A stretch of 52,584 nucleotides of DNA from positions 1 to 52,584 of the forward strand of contig QMXE01000001.1 of NCBI GenBank assembly GCA_003661975.1, given 5' to 3'. This DNA comes from Candidatus Bathyarchaeota archaeon (lineage in GTDB: Archaea; Thermoproteota; Bathyarchaeia; Bathyarchaeales; DTEX01). Below the pieces are notes generated by a model. It was not told the DNA's origin, did no database searches, and saw nothing but the letters and a program-made list of their open reading frames with translations. Both the position numbers and the translations under genes were made by a program. Of this stretch, positions 33,779-43,411 are shown piece after piece. Every line of letters begins with the position of its first letter. Position 1 is the stretch's first letter.

Positions 33779-35197
33779 TTGTCTCATAAGAAGAGCTTAG
33801 AAAAGATAAAGGTTGGATTCGTCCCATGCCACAGAGAGCCCTTTGATGAAAAATGGGCAGTTGAGATGAGAAGTAGATGCTTAAGGGCTCTCTCAAAGAT
33901 AGAAGAGATGATAACTGTAGTTCCCGATGAAGAACTAACAAAAAACGGTTTGGTAAGAGATGATTCAGACGCGGAGAAAGTAATCAAGCTCTTTAGAGAA
34001 GAGGGTGTCGACGGGATAATCATAGGCACTATGACGTTCGGAGATGAAGTCTCAGCATTATCCATTGCATCCGCATTCTCAGAAAAACCGATACTACTCT
34101 TCGGAACGAAAGAAGGGGCGTTTACGCCTGATGGTAACAGGAGATCAGATTCCTTCTGCGGAACCATCTCAATCTCATCAGGTCTATATAGAAGGAATAT
34201 ACCGTTCCTCTTCGCTGGGATAATATTCCCCGAAGAGGAAGCATTCTTGGAGGCTGTCAGAAATTTCGTCCGGGTGTGCTCAATAATTAAGGGATTCATC
34301 GGTGCGAGGATAGGTCTAGTAGGCCCAAGGCCAGAGAGATTCCAGACATGTATATGCAATGAGGACGCTATGATAGAAAATTTCGATCAGAGCGTCATAC
34401 CAGTATCTTTACTTGATATAACAGAAGAGGCTAATCGCCTAGACGATGATGATCCAGAGGTCCAAGAGATCATTAATGGAATGAAGGAAGAGGCTGACCT
34501 ATCAGAAGTAAATGAAGAAGCCGTTAAAAAGATGGCGAAGCTCGAACTCGTCTTAAAGAGATTCGCTGAAGAAAGAAACCTCTCTGGAATGGGAATTCAA
34601 TGCTGGACTGCAATGCAGGAGATATATGGGATATCACCATGCTATGTCATGGGCAGACTAACCGACCAGGGAATCATGGCCTCATGCGAAGTAGACATTT
34701 ACGGTGCATTAACCATGCTAATCCAATATTTAGCATCATTAAAGACCACTCCTCCGCACTTTATAGATTGGACCATAAAGCATCAAGAAAAAGATAATGT
34801 ATTCTTGGCATGGCACTGCGGAAACGCTCCTCCATCCCTGGCATGCGAGGGATGCAAAATAAGGATTAGGGAGCACAGCATTATATCGGCGGCAATAGAT
34901 AAGGAGAAATGCATGGGAACAGCGGAGTTTCAATTAAAACCGGGGGTAGTCACGATATGCAGGCTAATCGAGCATGACGGAGAATTCAAGATGCTCATAA
35001 CGAGGGGTGAAATTGAAAAGTCCGATCAGGAGCTTAGAGGTTCATGGAGCTGGGTTAAAGTACAGGATCTAGATCTGCTTTATAGAGTTATAGTTGAGGA
35101 AGGATTCACTCACCATGCGAGCATGATCCACGGAGACTATACGAAGCCAATAGCCGATGCTTGTAAGCTTCTTGGAATAGAAGTCGTTCAGGTTTAA
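33779..35197 (+). CDS. L-fucose / L-arabinose isomerase-family sugar isomerase
   Basis: 472 aa. KVGFVPCH..F at the N-terminus, GIIIGTMTFGDE, the SCEVDIYGALTMLI block and a C-terminal HHASMIHGDY resemble the FucI/AraA-like family. The TTG start is preceded by GGTGGGGGAG. Confidence 0.6.
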   Translation: MSHKKSLEKIKVGFVPCHREPFDEKWAVEMRSRCLRALSKIEEMITVVPDEELTKNGLVRDDSDAEKVIKLFREEGVDGIIIGTMTFGDEVSALSIASAFSEKPILLFGTKEGAFTPDGNRRSDSFCGTISISSGLYRRNIPFLFAGIIFPEEEAFLEAVRNFVRVCSIIKGFIGARIGLVGPRPERFQTCICNEDAMIENFDQSVIPVSLLDITEEANRLDDDDPEVQEIINGMKEEADLSEVNEEAVKKMAKLELVLKRFAEERNLSGMGIQCWTAMQEIYGISPCYVMGRLTDQGIMASCEVDIYGALTMLIQYLASLKTTPPHFIDWTIKHQEKDNVFLAWHCGNAPPSLACEGCKIRIREHSIISAAIDKEKCMGTAEFQLKPGVVTICRLIEHDGEFKMLITRGEIEKSDQELRGSWSWVKVQDLDLLYRVIVEEGFTHHASMIHGDYTKPIADACKLLGIEVVQV

Positions 35198-35207
35198 GGG
35201 AGAGGAT

Positions 35208-36479
35208 ATGACAAGCAGGATCAGCCTGCAAGTAGATTTTGAAGGACGAAAATTCTATCTAACACCTATCTCGATCGAGATAGATCTCAAGGAATACGTA
35301 AAGCGGGGTGATAGAGAGGATTTTGAGATTAAAATGGTTGATGAGGCAACGGGGAGAATAATACCATGCCAATTCTCCCCATCTGAGAATGGAAGCTTAA
35401 ATGGGAATCTTTCATGGATCCATCCCAGTTATGCACATGAGAAGCTCGAGGTGATCATTGGCAGGGATGTGCTTAAGGGCTATAATCTTCCAGAGGGAGT
35501 CAAGATATGGGATAGAGGAGACCATCAGCTCGAAGTATTCGTAAACGGAGTGCACGTAACAAATTATATTTACAATGATGCATATGAGAGGCCATTTCTA
35601 TATCCAGTAATAGGACCAGATGGGATAAATGTGGTTAGGCACATACCCAACTTTGGGGATCACCCACACCAGAAGGGAATAAACATAGCATTAGGAGATG
35701 TCTCCGGGAAAAGGGGAGAGACTGGAATAAACTTTTGGGCTTTAGGAGACATCGGAGATCCGAGGCACGGGAGGGTTATTCATCAAAGATTCAGGAAGAT
35801 AGAAGATGGACCTGTCTTCGGATTGATCGAGGCGGAGAACATCTGGAAACAGAATGATGAGTTAGAGGAGCCTACATACAATAGAAGTAAATGGAAGATT
35901 AAGTCTAAAGGACAGATCTTGATGAAGGAAAGGAGAACTATAACGGTATGGAACGTATCTCCCATGCGCATAATAGACATTCATACAGTGATGGAGCCCA
36001 TCACAGACGAGATAATCTTAAGCGCGGATGTTGAAGGAAAGGAAATGGCTAAGGAGAATGGTCCCCTCGTTATTAGAGTTGCAGATAGCATGCGTGAAAT
36101 ATCTGGAGGAAGAATCGTAAATTCAGAGGGGAAAATGACGGAGAAGGAATGTTGGGGGAGACCCGCAAGATGGGTTGACTATTATGGGCCAGTTAAGAAA
36201 GGAGGGCCAATAAATGGCATAGCAACAATGGATCATCCAGAAAATATTAGACATCCAACTGGGTGGCATGTGAGGGGATACGGATTATTTGCGGCAAATC
36301 CATTCTATGATAAGAAGCCCGAATGGCCTGATCAAGGGCCAATATACCTATCGAAGGCAAGGGGAGACAGATTTGATATGCGATATAGGATTTACATTCA
36401 TAGGGGTGATCCATGGCAGGGAAGAGTTGAGGAGAGATGGCGGGAATGGGCAAACCCGCCACAGGTTGAAATTCAATAG
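35208..36479 (+). CDS. DUF6807 / PmoA-like family protein
   Basis: YERPFLYPVIGPDGINVVRH..FGDHPHQKGINIALGDV.....INFW matches the 'KPyfhP..gp.G..vT....DH.HH.G....w..vng.dFW' signature of the family as I recall it. It lies 10 nt downstream of the isomerase. Confidence 0.6.
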   Translation: MTSRISLQVDFEGRKFYLTPISIEIDLKEYVKRGDREDFEIKMVDEATGRIIPCQFSPSENGSLNGNLSWIHPSYAHEKLEVIIGRDVLKGYNLPEGVKIWDRGDHQLEVFVNGVHVTNYIYNDAYERPFLYPVIGPDGINVVRHIPNFGDHPHQKGINIALGDVSGKRGETGINFWALGDIGDPRHGRVIHQRFRKIEDGPVFGLIEAENIWKQNDELEEPTYNRSKWKIKSKGQILMKERRTITVWNVSPMRIIDIHTVMEPITDEIILSADVEGKEMAKENGPLVIRVADSMREISGGRIVNSEGKMTEKECWGRPARWVDYYGPVKKGGPINGIATMDHPENIRHPTGWHVRGYGLFAANPFYDKKPEWPDQGPIYLSKARGDRFDMRYRIYIHRGDPWQGRVEERWREWANPPQVEIQ

Positions 36480-36864
36480 GTCCAATTAAGCCTTAACGAT
36501 CAGAGTTATGATATGGAGCCTCCAAGCCGAGTATCTTCTAGGAAATCAAGCATAAACTCAGAGGTGCGAATATGAGATTAACCCATTCAATACTCGGTCT
36601 TAAATAGGTCAACTCGAGAATTACATGATCTAAATGATGAAACATGACTCTGAGATGATGGAATATTATGCGCAGATTTAGGCTATACATCTTTATGGGT
36701 CTCCTAGTAAGGTATATATGCATGAAAAACTGGTAGTCGATACGCATAGAAGACCGCGGGGAAAGTTGAGTCTCTACTTGAAGCTATAGCCGAAAGAGGA
36801 AATTGGGTATGCATGATAATTGTTGACTTAACGGTGAAGACTGCTCTTTGGGGAGATAGCATAG

Positions 36865-37743
36865 ATGAGCTTTATAGAACTCTACGTTAGACAGACATTA
36901 GCGTTCGCCGGAAGCGAATGTAGATTTGAAGATGCAGATTACATAATCGTTGGCGTTCCATTCGACAATACAAGCTCATATCGTCCTGGCTCGAGATTCG
37001 CTCCACGTGCAATTAGAGAGGCATCTCTTAATATTGAGGGATTCAGCTTTAGATCAAACAGGAGCATTGACGACTTGAGGATACATGATGCTGGAGACTT
37101 GGATGTCAGTCTGAGAGTCGAAGAGACGCTGAGACGTCTGGAGCTCGTAACGAGAGAGATTATAGAGGCAGGGAAGACTCCTGTTCTCATTGGAGGAGAA
37201 CATACGCTTACAATAGGCTCTGTTAAGGCCATAGATAAGCCCTTCAAGCTTTTATGCTTTGATGCACACTTAGACCTAAGAGATGAGTATTTAGATATGA
37301 AATTCTCTCATGCAACGGTAATCAGAAGGATCTGCGAGACAAACAAGAACTTGGAAGAAGTCATCATTGTTGGAGCCCGCGCAGCATGCAAGGAGGAGAT
37401 CGAATATGCCAAGAAGAAGGGAGTCCATATAATACCCTCTCGTGAAATCCTAGATGGTAGTATTAGGGATTCCTCGTCAAAAGTTAATCGCCTCCTAGGG
37501 GATGCCAAGGCTCTGTATTTATCTCTGGACATGGATGTTCTTGATCCAGCATTCGCTCCAGCTGTTCAAACTCCTGAGCCTGAAGGAATATCAACCCACC
37601 AACTATTGAATATGATTTCAGAGATAGACTTGGATCGGCTGGTTGCATTCGACATAACTGAAATGACACCTCCATATGATTTTGGAGCTACATCGGCCGT
37701 GGCAGCAAAGATAATCTTTGAGGTATTGCTGCAAAAGGGCTGA
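36865..37743 (+). CDS. speB: Agmatinase (arginase/ureohydrolase family)
   Basis: Mn-binding motifs GGEHTLT, DAHLDLRD and SLDMDVLDPAFAP, plus TPEPEG; length 292 aa. Confidence 0.85.
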   Translation: MSFIELYVRQTLAFAGSECRFEDADYIIVGVPFDNTSSYRPGSRFAPRAIREASLNIEGFSFRSNRSIDDLRIHDAGDLDVSLRVEETLRRLELVTREIIEAGKTPVLIGGEHTLTIGSVKAIDKPFKLLCFDAHLDLRDEYLDMKFSHATVIRRICETNKNLEEVIIVGARAACKEEIEYAKKKGVHIIPSREILDGSIRDSSSKVNRLLGDAKALYLSLDMDVLDPAFAPAVQTPEPEGISTHQLLNMISEIDLDRLVAFDITEMTPPYDFGATSAVAAKIIFEVLLQKG

Positions 37744-38958
37744 TTATCCATTCACGATTGAAGACTCATCCTTAAGTAGAATGGCCATCAGAAGAGAGAT
37801 GGAGGTAAGCACGGTTAAGAGATAGAATAGCGTCTGGATATTATAGTTATCCCATAGATATCCGCCGATTAGCGGGCCTATTGTGAGGCCTAAACGGGAT
37901 GATGTAAGTCTTATCCCGATCGCGAGTCCCTTCCTTCCACGAGGGAAGACCTCGGCTATATATGTATTTGAGGCTGGCCATGTTGCGCTCCAGAGGCTGT
38001 AGATACCCATGTAGAGTAGAAGATTAAGCAGATAATCATTTGTGACCATGAAAAGCATGGATAGGAACGGTATTGGGAAGACGCTATAGCATATGGTCTT
38101 TTTCCTTCCAATATTATCCGCCAAGAATCCGCTTGGAGCTTGAGCGATTAAAGTTGCCAATCCCATTCCAACAGAGAAGAATATTCCAACTTCAGTCTTT
38201 GTCTTTCCAAATCTTTCAGTTAAATAGAATGGAAAGATCGTTGAAAGCATGCTGATCGAAGTATTCGCTATTACATGCAATAGGATGAAGAAAGTCAGCG
38301 TTAAAGCTATCTGTCTGATCGAAAAATTGGGCTCTCCAATCTTGCCTCGGCTATATGCCACACTGCCCCTTGGAAGTAAGAAGCTTAAAATAAGATATGA
38401 TGTTGCAATAGAGCATAGAAAGTAAAAGAAGAAGGTCCATCCATACTTATCGACTATTAACCCTCCAAGAAAAGGACCGATTAAACCTCCAATGGGCCAT
38501 GCAGTATTTATCAATCCGAAAATTCCACCAGTTGATCCTCTCCTTGTAAGATCAATTATCATCGCTGATCGCGACGATATGAAAAGGGCTATTGCAATGT
38601 AAATTAGCATCGTGTAAAATGTTGCTTCAAGCCACCCCCTTACTGATGTAAACAGCAGGGAAGCTACAATCTGGATGATCCCGCTTAAAATTATGATCTT
38701 CCATCGACCATACATGTCGGATAGGTATCCACTTATTATCATCATTATCATTGCCGAGGCATTACCGATGAATAAGACTATGCCGACCTCAAAAACAGAG
38801 ACTCCTAGACTCCTAATGAATAAGGGGATGAATATGTATGTCGTGTATAAGATGATGGAGACAAAGATATTAGTTATGAAGAGGAGCGTGAGATCCCTCT
38901 TTAATTTCGGCATATAAATCTCATCCGATACTTTAAAGATCCCATAACGACGCTCCAA
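37744..38958 (-). CDS. MFS transporter
   Basis: 404 aa with about 12 TM segments and a loop 2-3 motif GYLSDMYGRWK (MFS 'G..sDr.GRr'). Confidence 0.8.
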   Translation of the reverse strand: MERRYGIFKVSDEIYMPKLKRDLTLLFITNIFVSIILYTTYIFIPLFIRSLGVSVFEVGIVLFIGNASAMIMMIISGYLSDMYGRWKIIILSGIIQIVASLLFTSVRGWLEATFYTMLIYIAIALFISSRSAMIIDLTRRGSTGGIFGLINTAWPIGGLIGPFLGGLIVDKYGWTFFFYFLCSIATSYLILSFLLPRGSVAYSRGKIGEPNFSIRQIALTLTFFILLHVIANTSISMLSTIFPFYLTERFGKTKTEVGIFFSVGMGLATLIAQAPSGFLADNIGRKKTICYSVFPIPFLSMLFMVTNDYLLNLLLYMGIYSLWSATWPASNTYIAEVFPRGRKGLAIGIRLTSSRLGLTIGPLIGGYLWDNYNIQTLFYLLTVLTSISLLMAILLKDESSIVNG

Positions 38959-39051
38959 ATATAAATCTTAAATCAAACAATTTATTAGGTGGCAAGCAAT
39001 AATTAGCTGAATCTTTCTTGCCCCAGCAAAAAGAGACTAGGAGAGAACGAT

Positions 39052-39795
39052 TTGACTGGAGAATTGCTTGAGATCAACGATCTTACCGTTGAAGTCTCCG
39101 GTAGGATAGTTCTTGAAAACGTCGATCTACGTATTGAAAAGGGAGAGACGCATATACTATTTGGTCCAAACGGCTCTGGAAAGAGCAGCCTAATAATGAC
39201 TATCCTCGGATTTCCAGCCTATAAAGTGATTTCGGGTGAGATAATCTTTAAGGGAAAAAACATAATTGACTTGCCGATTAATGAAAGAGTTAATCTGGGT
39301 ATAAGTGTTGCATTTCAGAATCCCCCTGCAATAAGAGGCGTCAAGCTCGGGGATATATTGAATCATTGGATTAAAGATGAAAGCACGATCGATTCTATCC
39401 TAGAAAGGATTAATTTTCCGCGTGAATTTCTCAGAAGAGACATTAATCTCGGCTTCTCAGGCGGGGAAATGAAGAAATCCGAGATTCTGCAAGCGATAGT
39501 TCAGGGAGGAGATCTGCTATTACTCGATGAGCCAGACTCCGGCGTAGATGTTGAAAACCTGAGGTTACTAGGGGAGTTCATAAATGAGATGCTTAAGGGT
39601 AGAGCCGGATTGATAATAACTCATCAAGGTCACATTCTACGCTTCATCGACGCCGATATAGCTCATGTCATGCTCAAAGGAACCATTGTATGCTCAGGTA
39701 GACCTACGAGAATTCTAAGCCAGATAATGAGTGAGGGCTACGGGTGGTGTATGAAGTGTCCGAGGAGAAAAAGGATAAGGGAGAATATGATTTGA
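39052..39795 (+). CDS. sufC: Fe-S cluster assembly ATPase SufC
   Basis: Walker A GPNGSGKSS, signature FSGGEMKKSEILQ, Walker B LLLLDEPDSGVD and an H-loop ITHQ. TTG start. Confidence 0.9.
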   Translation: MTGELLEINDLTVEVSGRIVLENVDLRIEKGETHILFGPNGSGKSSLIMTILGFPAYKVISGEIIFKGKNIIDLPINERVNLGISVAFQNPPAIRGVKLGDILNHWIKDESTIDSILERINFPREFLRRDINLGFSGGEMKKSEILQAIVQGGDLLLLDEPDSGVDVENLRLLGEFINEMLKGRAGLIITHQGHILRFIDADIAHVMLKGTIVCSGRPTRILSQIMSEGYGWCMKCPRRKRIRENMI

Positions 39796-40955
39796 CGGGT
39801 TCCTTCACTTACGTTAGGAAGGCTGCTAAGTGGAGTTCCTGTCCAATCTCAAATTTACCAGAGGATATTATTAGCCGATCATCCGATGTTGGAGTTATAC
39901 CAGATGAAGATATGAGAGCTGCAACATACTTCCAAATAGATCATTCAGTAATCTCAAAGACAGTTAATGAAAAATTTAGGGATCAAGTTGAAGTTATGAG
40001 CACAAGAGAAGCGATTAAGAAGTATGATTGGTTTAAGAATTATTGGTGGAGGCTGATTAGGAGAGACGCCGATAAATTCACGCATATGGCTTCTTCAATG
40101 TGGGATCACGGATATTTTATAAGGATACTTGAGGATCAGAAGGTAACCCTACCAATCCAGTCATGCCTGTTCGTATCAACGGATAACCTCAACCAGAACG
40201 TTCATAACGTCGTGATCGCCGAGGCTGGATCAGAAGCTCAGGTGATAACTGGATGTGCATCCCACATTAATGTTCATAGAGGCCTACATGTCGGAGTCTC
40301 AGAATTCTACATAAAGGAAGATGCTAAGCTAATGTTCACGATGATTCATGGATGGAGTCAGGGTTTTGATTCACGTCCAAGATCAGCGGCAATAATCGGT
40401 GAGAACGGAGCCTTCATAAGCAATTATCTGTTATTCACGCCTGTTAGAAGCCTTCAGATGTATCCGGTTGCATATTGCAGTGGCGAGAACTCTAAGGTGA
40501 GATTTAACAGCATACTCTACGGCTCTAAAGATTCACACATTGATGTTGGCTCAAAGATAGTGCTCCAAAATGATGGGACTAGAGGAGAGATCATAACTAG
40601 GGCAGTAGCCACTGATAATTCTAAGATATACATGCGCGGATTCCTAGAGGGAAGATGTGAGGATTGCAGAGCTCATCTCGAATGCAGAGGCCTCTTATTA
40701 TCAGATAAGGCTATAATCCACGCCGTCCCTGAACTTTTAGCTAAAGCCCCTGGAGCGGATCTCTCACATGAGGCTGCTGTTGGAAAAATCGCTGAAGAAG
40801 AGATACATTATCTGATGGCGCGTGGATTTTCAGAAAGAGAGGCGGTATCCCTAATTGTTAGGGGATTTATGGATGTGAGAACATTCGATCTACCAGCAGA
40901 GATTGAGAAAAGAATGAAAAGGATTATTAAAGTGATATCTAAAAGATCACTTTAA
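39744..40955 (+). CDS. Fe-S cluster assembly scaffold protein, SufB/SufD family
   Basis: 403 aa directly following and overlapping sufC. The beta-helix-type repeats and C-terminal block HEAAVGKIAEEEIHYLMARGFSEREA are characteristic of SufB/SufD. Confidence 0.8.
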   Translation: MVYEVSEEKKDKGEYDLTGSFTYVRKAAKWSSCPISNLPEDIISRSSDVGVIPDEDMRAATYFQIDHSVISKTVNEKFRDQVEVMSTREAIKKYDWFKNYWWRLIRRDADKFTHMASSMWDHGYFIRILEDQKVTLPIQSCLFVSTDNLNQNVHNVVIAEAGSEAQVITGCASHINVHRGLHVGVSEFYIKEDAKLMFTMIHGWSQGFDSRPRSAAIIGENGAFISNYLLFTPVRSLQMYPVAYCSGENSKVRFNSILYGSKDSHIDVGSKIVLQNDGTRGEIITRAVATDNSKIYMRGFLEGRCEDCRAHLECRGLLLSDKAIIHAVPELLAKAPGADLSHEAAVGKIAEEEIHYLMARGFSEREAVSLIVRGFMDVRTFDLPAEIEKRMKRIIKVISKRSL

Positions 40956-40972
40956 TTTTCGGAGGAACTGAA

Positions 40973-42370
40973 ATGGACGATAGACCAAACATGATATTGG
41001 TAGTAATGGATGTTCAAAGAGCCTCGAACATCCATTGTTATGGACACGATAAGGAGACCACCCCAAACATAGATAGAATAGCGAAGGAGGGAACGGTCTT
41101 CCTCAACTGTATATCTCCAGCAGTCTGGACTTTACCCTCTCACGCATCAATCTTCACTGGAAGATACGTCTACAGTCATGGAGTTGGACAGAGCTACAAT
41201 TATAAGCCGATTGAAAAATATACGCTCACGGAGATCTTGAAGGCGTCAGGTTACAGAACCGCTGGTTTCTGCCTTGGAACACACTGGTGGGCTAGATATG
41301 GAATTAGGGATGATAGGGGATTCGATAAATTCGACCCCGTCTACTATGCATCGTATAATGAATGGATAGAGGTTGGATGCGAAAGGATAATTGCACATGC
41401 CATAGAATGGATTGACAAGAACATATCGGATCAGCCCTTCTTTGTATTCATAAACTGCGTTGAACCTCATCTGCCGTATATTCCGCCATTAAAGTACGCC
41501 AAGCGCTTCTTAGGAGACATCGACATGGAGACTGTCAGGAGGATCCAGCCGGATCCATGGAAGGTTAGGATGGGAATAGAAAAGATCACGGAGGATAGGT
41601 GGAGGAAGCTGAGGGCTCTCTATGATGGTGAAACCGCATGTTTAGATGAGAGATTAGGAAGATTATTCAATTATTTAGAGGAGAAGGACTTACTCGATAA
41701 GACATTATTGATTTTAACAAGCGATCATGGAGATGAGCAGTGTGAACATTACCCGCCTTATATTGCGCATTCGCTGCATCTATATCAGAGCGGCATACAT
41801 GTGCCGCTCATAATTAGGCATCCAGATCTCTTCCCGCAGGGAGAGAAGAGAGACGATCTCGTCCAGACATTAGACATATTCCCGACAATACTTGAGGTAT
41901 TATCTGTTGATGACATTGAGGTTTGGAGGCAGAATCAAGGTATAAGCCTACTACAGATAATCGAGGGGAAAAAGAAGAGATTGTTCGCTCTCTCCGAGCA
42001 TCAGAGACCGCTTCTCTCCATTGAGAGAATGCTCAGGGTAGATCCAAACTATGACTTTAGAAGGTGGGACAGGTGGATTAGGGCGTTAATAATCGACAAT
42101 TACAAGTATATCTGGTCATCTAACGGTGAAGATGAATTATACGACCTCAAAAGAGACCCTATTGAACAGAAGAATCTAATTGAAGAGGAGGATGAAAAGG
42201 CTAAATCGATGAAGGAAAAGCTCTCCTACATCCTAGACATGCTTGAATATCGGGATCTAGGAGATCTAGTCCAAGGCCTCGAAGATAATATAAGGATAAT
42301 GAGGAGATTCGGGTATATCCGGGGGATATTTCCCCAGAGAGAATCTATAATGCAGGGATTGACTCCATAG
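40973..42370 (+). CDS. Sulfatase-fold (alkaline-phosphatase superfamily) hydrolase lacking the Cys/Ser-x-Pro-x-Arg formylglycine motif
   Basis: PNMILVVMDVQRA.., TPNIDRIAKEGTVF, then VWTLPSHASIFTGRY where sulfatases have vC(S)TPSRAslltGRy, and LTSDHGDEQCEH. Confidence 0.7.
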   Translation: MDDRPNMILVVMDVQRASNIHCYGHDKETTPNIDRIAKEGTVFLNCISPAVWTLPSHASIFTGRYVYSHGVGQSYNYKPIEKYTLTEILKASGYRTAGFCLGTHWWARYGIRDDRGFDKFDPVYYASYNEWIEVGCERIIAHAIEWIDKNISDQPFFVFINCVEPHLPYIPPLKYAKRFLGDIDMETVRRIQPDPWKVRMGIEKITEDRWRKLRALYDGETACLDERLGRLFNYLEEKDLLDKTLLILTSDHGDEQCEHYPPYIAHSLHLYQSGIHVPLIIRHPDLFPQGEKRDDLVQTLDIFPTILEVLSVDDIEVWRQNQGISLLQIIEGKKKRLFALSEHQRPLLSIERMLRVDPNYDFRRWDRWIRALIIDNYKYIWSSNGEDELYDLKRDPIEQKNLIEEEDEKAKSMKEKLSYILDMLEYRDLGDLVQGLEDNIRIMRRFGYIRGIFPQRESIMQGLTP

Positions 42371-42373
42371 TTC

Positions 42374-43318
42374 CTAGAAGAAATCAACAAGTCTCTTTTG
42401 CATGCTTCCCTCCCTTAAACCTATAACGTATTCGATTAGATGATCCACGCTTTTGAATCTGAGATTTAAAAGCTTACTAAATCCCCATCCGGTGCATTTT
42501 ATCCCGGAGATTATCGACGCCGCGGTTACCGATTTCACGAGATCCCCAGTTAGCTGAAGCGAAGCGAGAAAAGCACCGCACCATGCATCTCCAGCGCCTG
42601 TGACATCAACTATCCTCTCCAGAGGGAACCTCATCGCTGGAACCATCTGAACCCCGCTCTTCTCTGATGAGATTATAGCCCCAAATTCTCCGAGAGTGAC
42701 TATGAGCGTTCTGGCTCTTAACATTCTAATAGCTATCGAAAGAGAGTTTACCTCGGCCAAAGCCTTAGCCTCAGAATCGTTCAATATAAAGTAATCAACT
42801 TCACGGGATATCTCCCGCAGAATCTCCCTATTTCTCTTAGTCTTCATATATCCAATCCAAGTGTTAAGTGAAATCTTTACTTTAGGCGAGGATTCCTTTA
42901 TCCTCTCAATGATTCTCCGCGTCCTCGTTGGTGGCAGGGGGGATATATGCACCACTCCATTCGGTCGTAAAGCCCTACGCGGTATTATAAGAAATGATAT
43001 TCTCGTTCCAGCGCCGTAATTCGTCTCAAGATACTTAGCTTCCCATTTCTCATCATACGTAATCCTAAACCTAGTGGATGGAAGCCTAGAGAACCTTATT
43101 GATCCCCTTGGAAATAGCCTTAGGATCTCCTTGTATGGATAATCCTCACCTATCACAGATGCGAGTATTACGTCTTCACTTAATGTTCTGGCGGCGACTG
43201 CTGCGTGAAGCGCTGCTCCTCCAGGCTGAACATTCACGCCATTAATGGTCTCAACTTGATCCACTGATACATGGCCAATGAACGTTAAGGTTCCCGTCAA
43301 GGAATCCTTCAGCTCCAA
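42374..43318 (-). CDS. PfkB-family carbohydrate kinase (ribokinase-like)
   Basis: C-terminal signature DVTGAGDAWCGAF (DTxGAGD) and an N-terminal GG-containing lid region (PGGAALHAA). Confidence 0.8.
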   Translation of the reverse strand: MELKDSLTGTLTFIGHVSVDQVETINGVNVQPGGAALHAAVAARTLSEDVILASVIGEDYPYKEILRLFPRGSIRFSRLPSTRFRITYDEKWEAKYLETNYGAGTRISFLIIPRRALRPNGVVHISPLPPTRTRRIIERIKESSPKVKISLNTWIGYMKTKRNREILREISREVDYFILNDSEAKALAEVNSLSIAIRMLRARTLIVTLGEFGAIISSEKSGVQMVPAMRFPLERIVDVTGAGDAWCGAFLASLQLTGDLVKSVTAASIISGIKCTGWGFSKLLNLRFKSVDHLIEYVIGLREGSMQKRLVDFF

Positions 43319-43411
43319 TATTTATGAAGATTAGGTCACCCTAGGTAACAATATGTTATTCCCTAAAGTTATATTTATTAAATTCTTTGTGGATAATTTT
43401 TCTTCAACAGA

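Noticed and set aside
39744-39795. 52-nt overlap of sufC with the SufB/D-family gene as a possible programmed frameshift or fusion
   Set aside because: SufC motifs end well before the overlap, and the tail ..CMKCPRRKRIRENMI is non-conserved. The SufB/D-family ORF can start at GTG 39744/39747. Overlapping starts are common in this window (GTGA, ATGA, TAATG junctions). No slippery heptamer was noticed.
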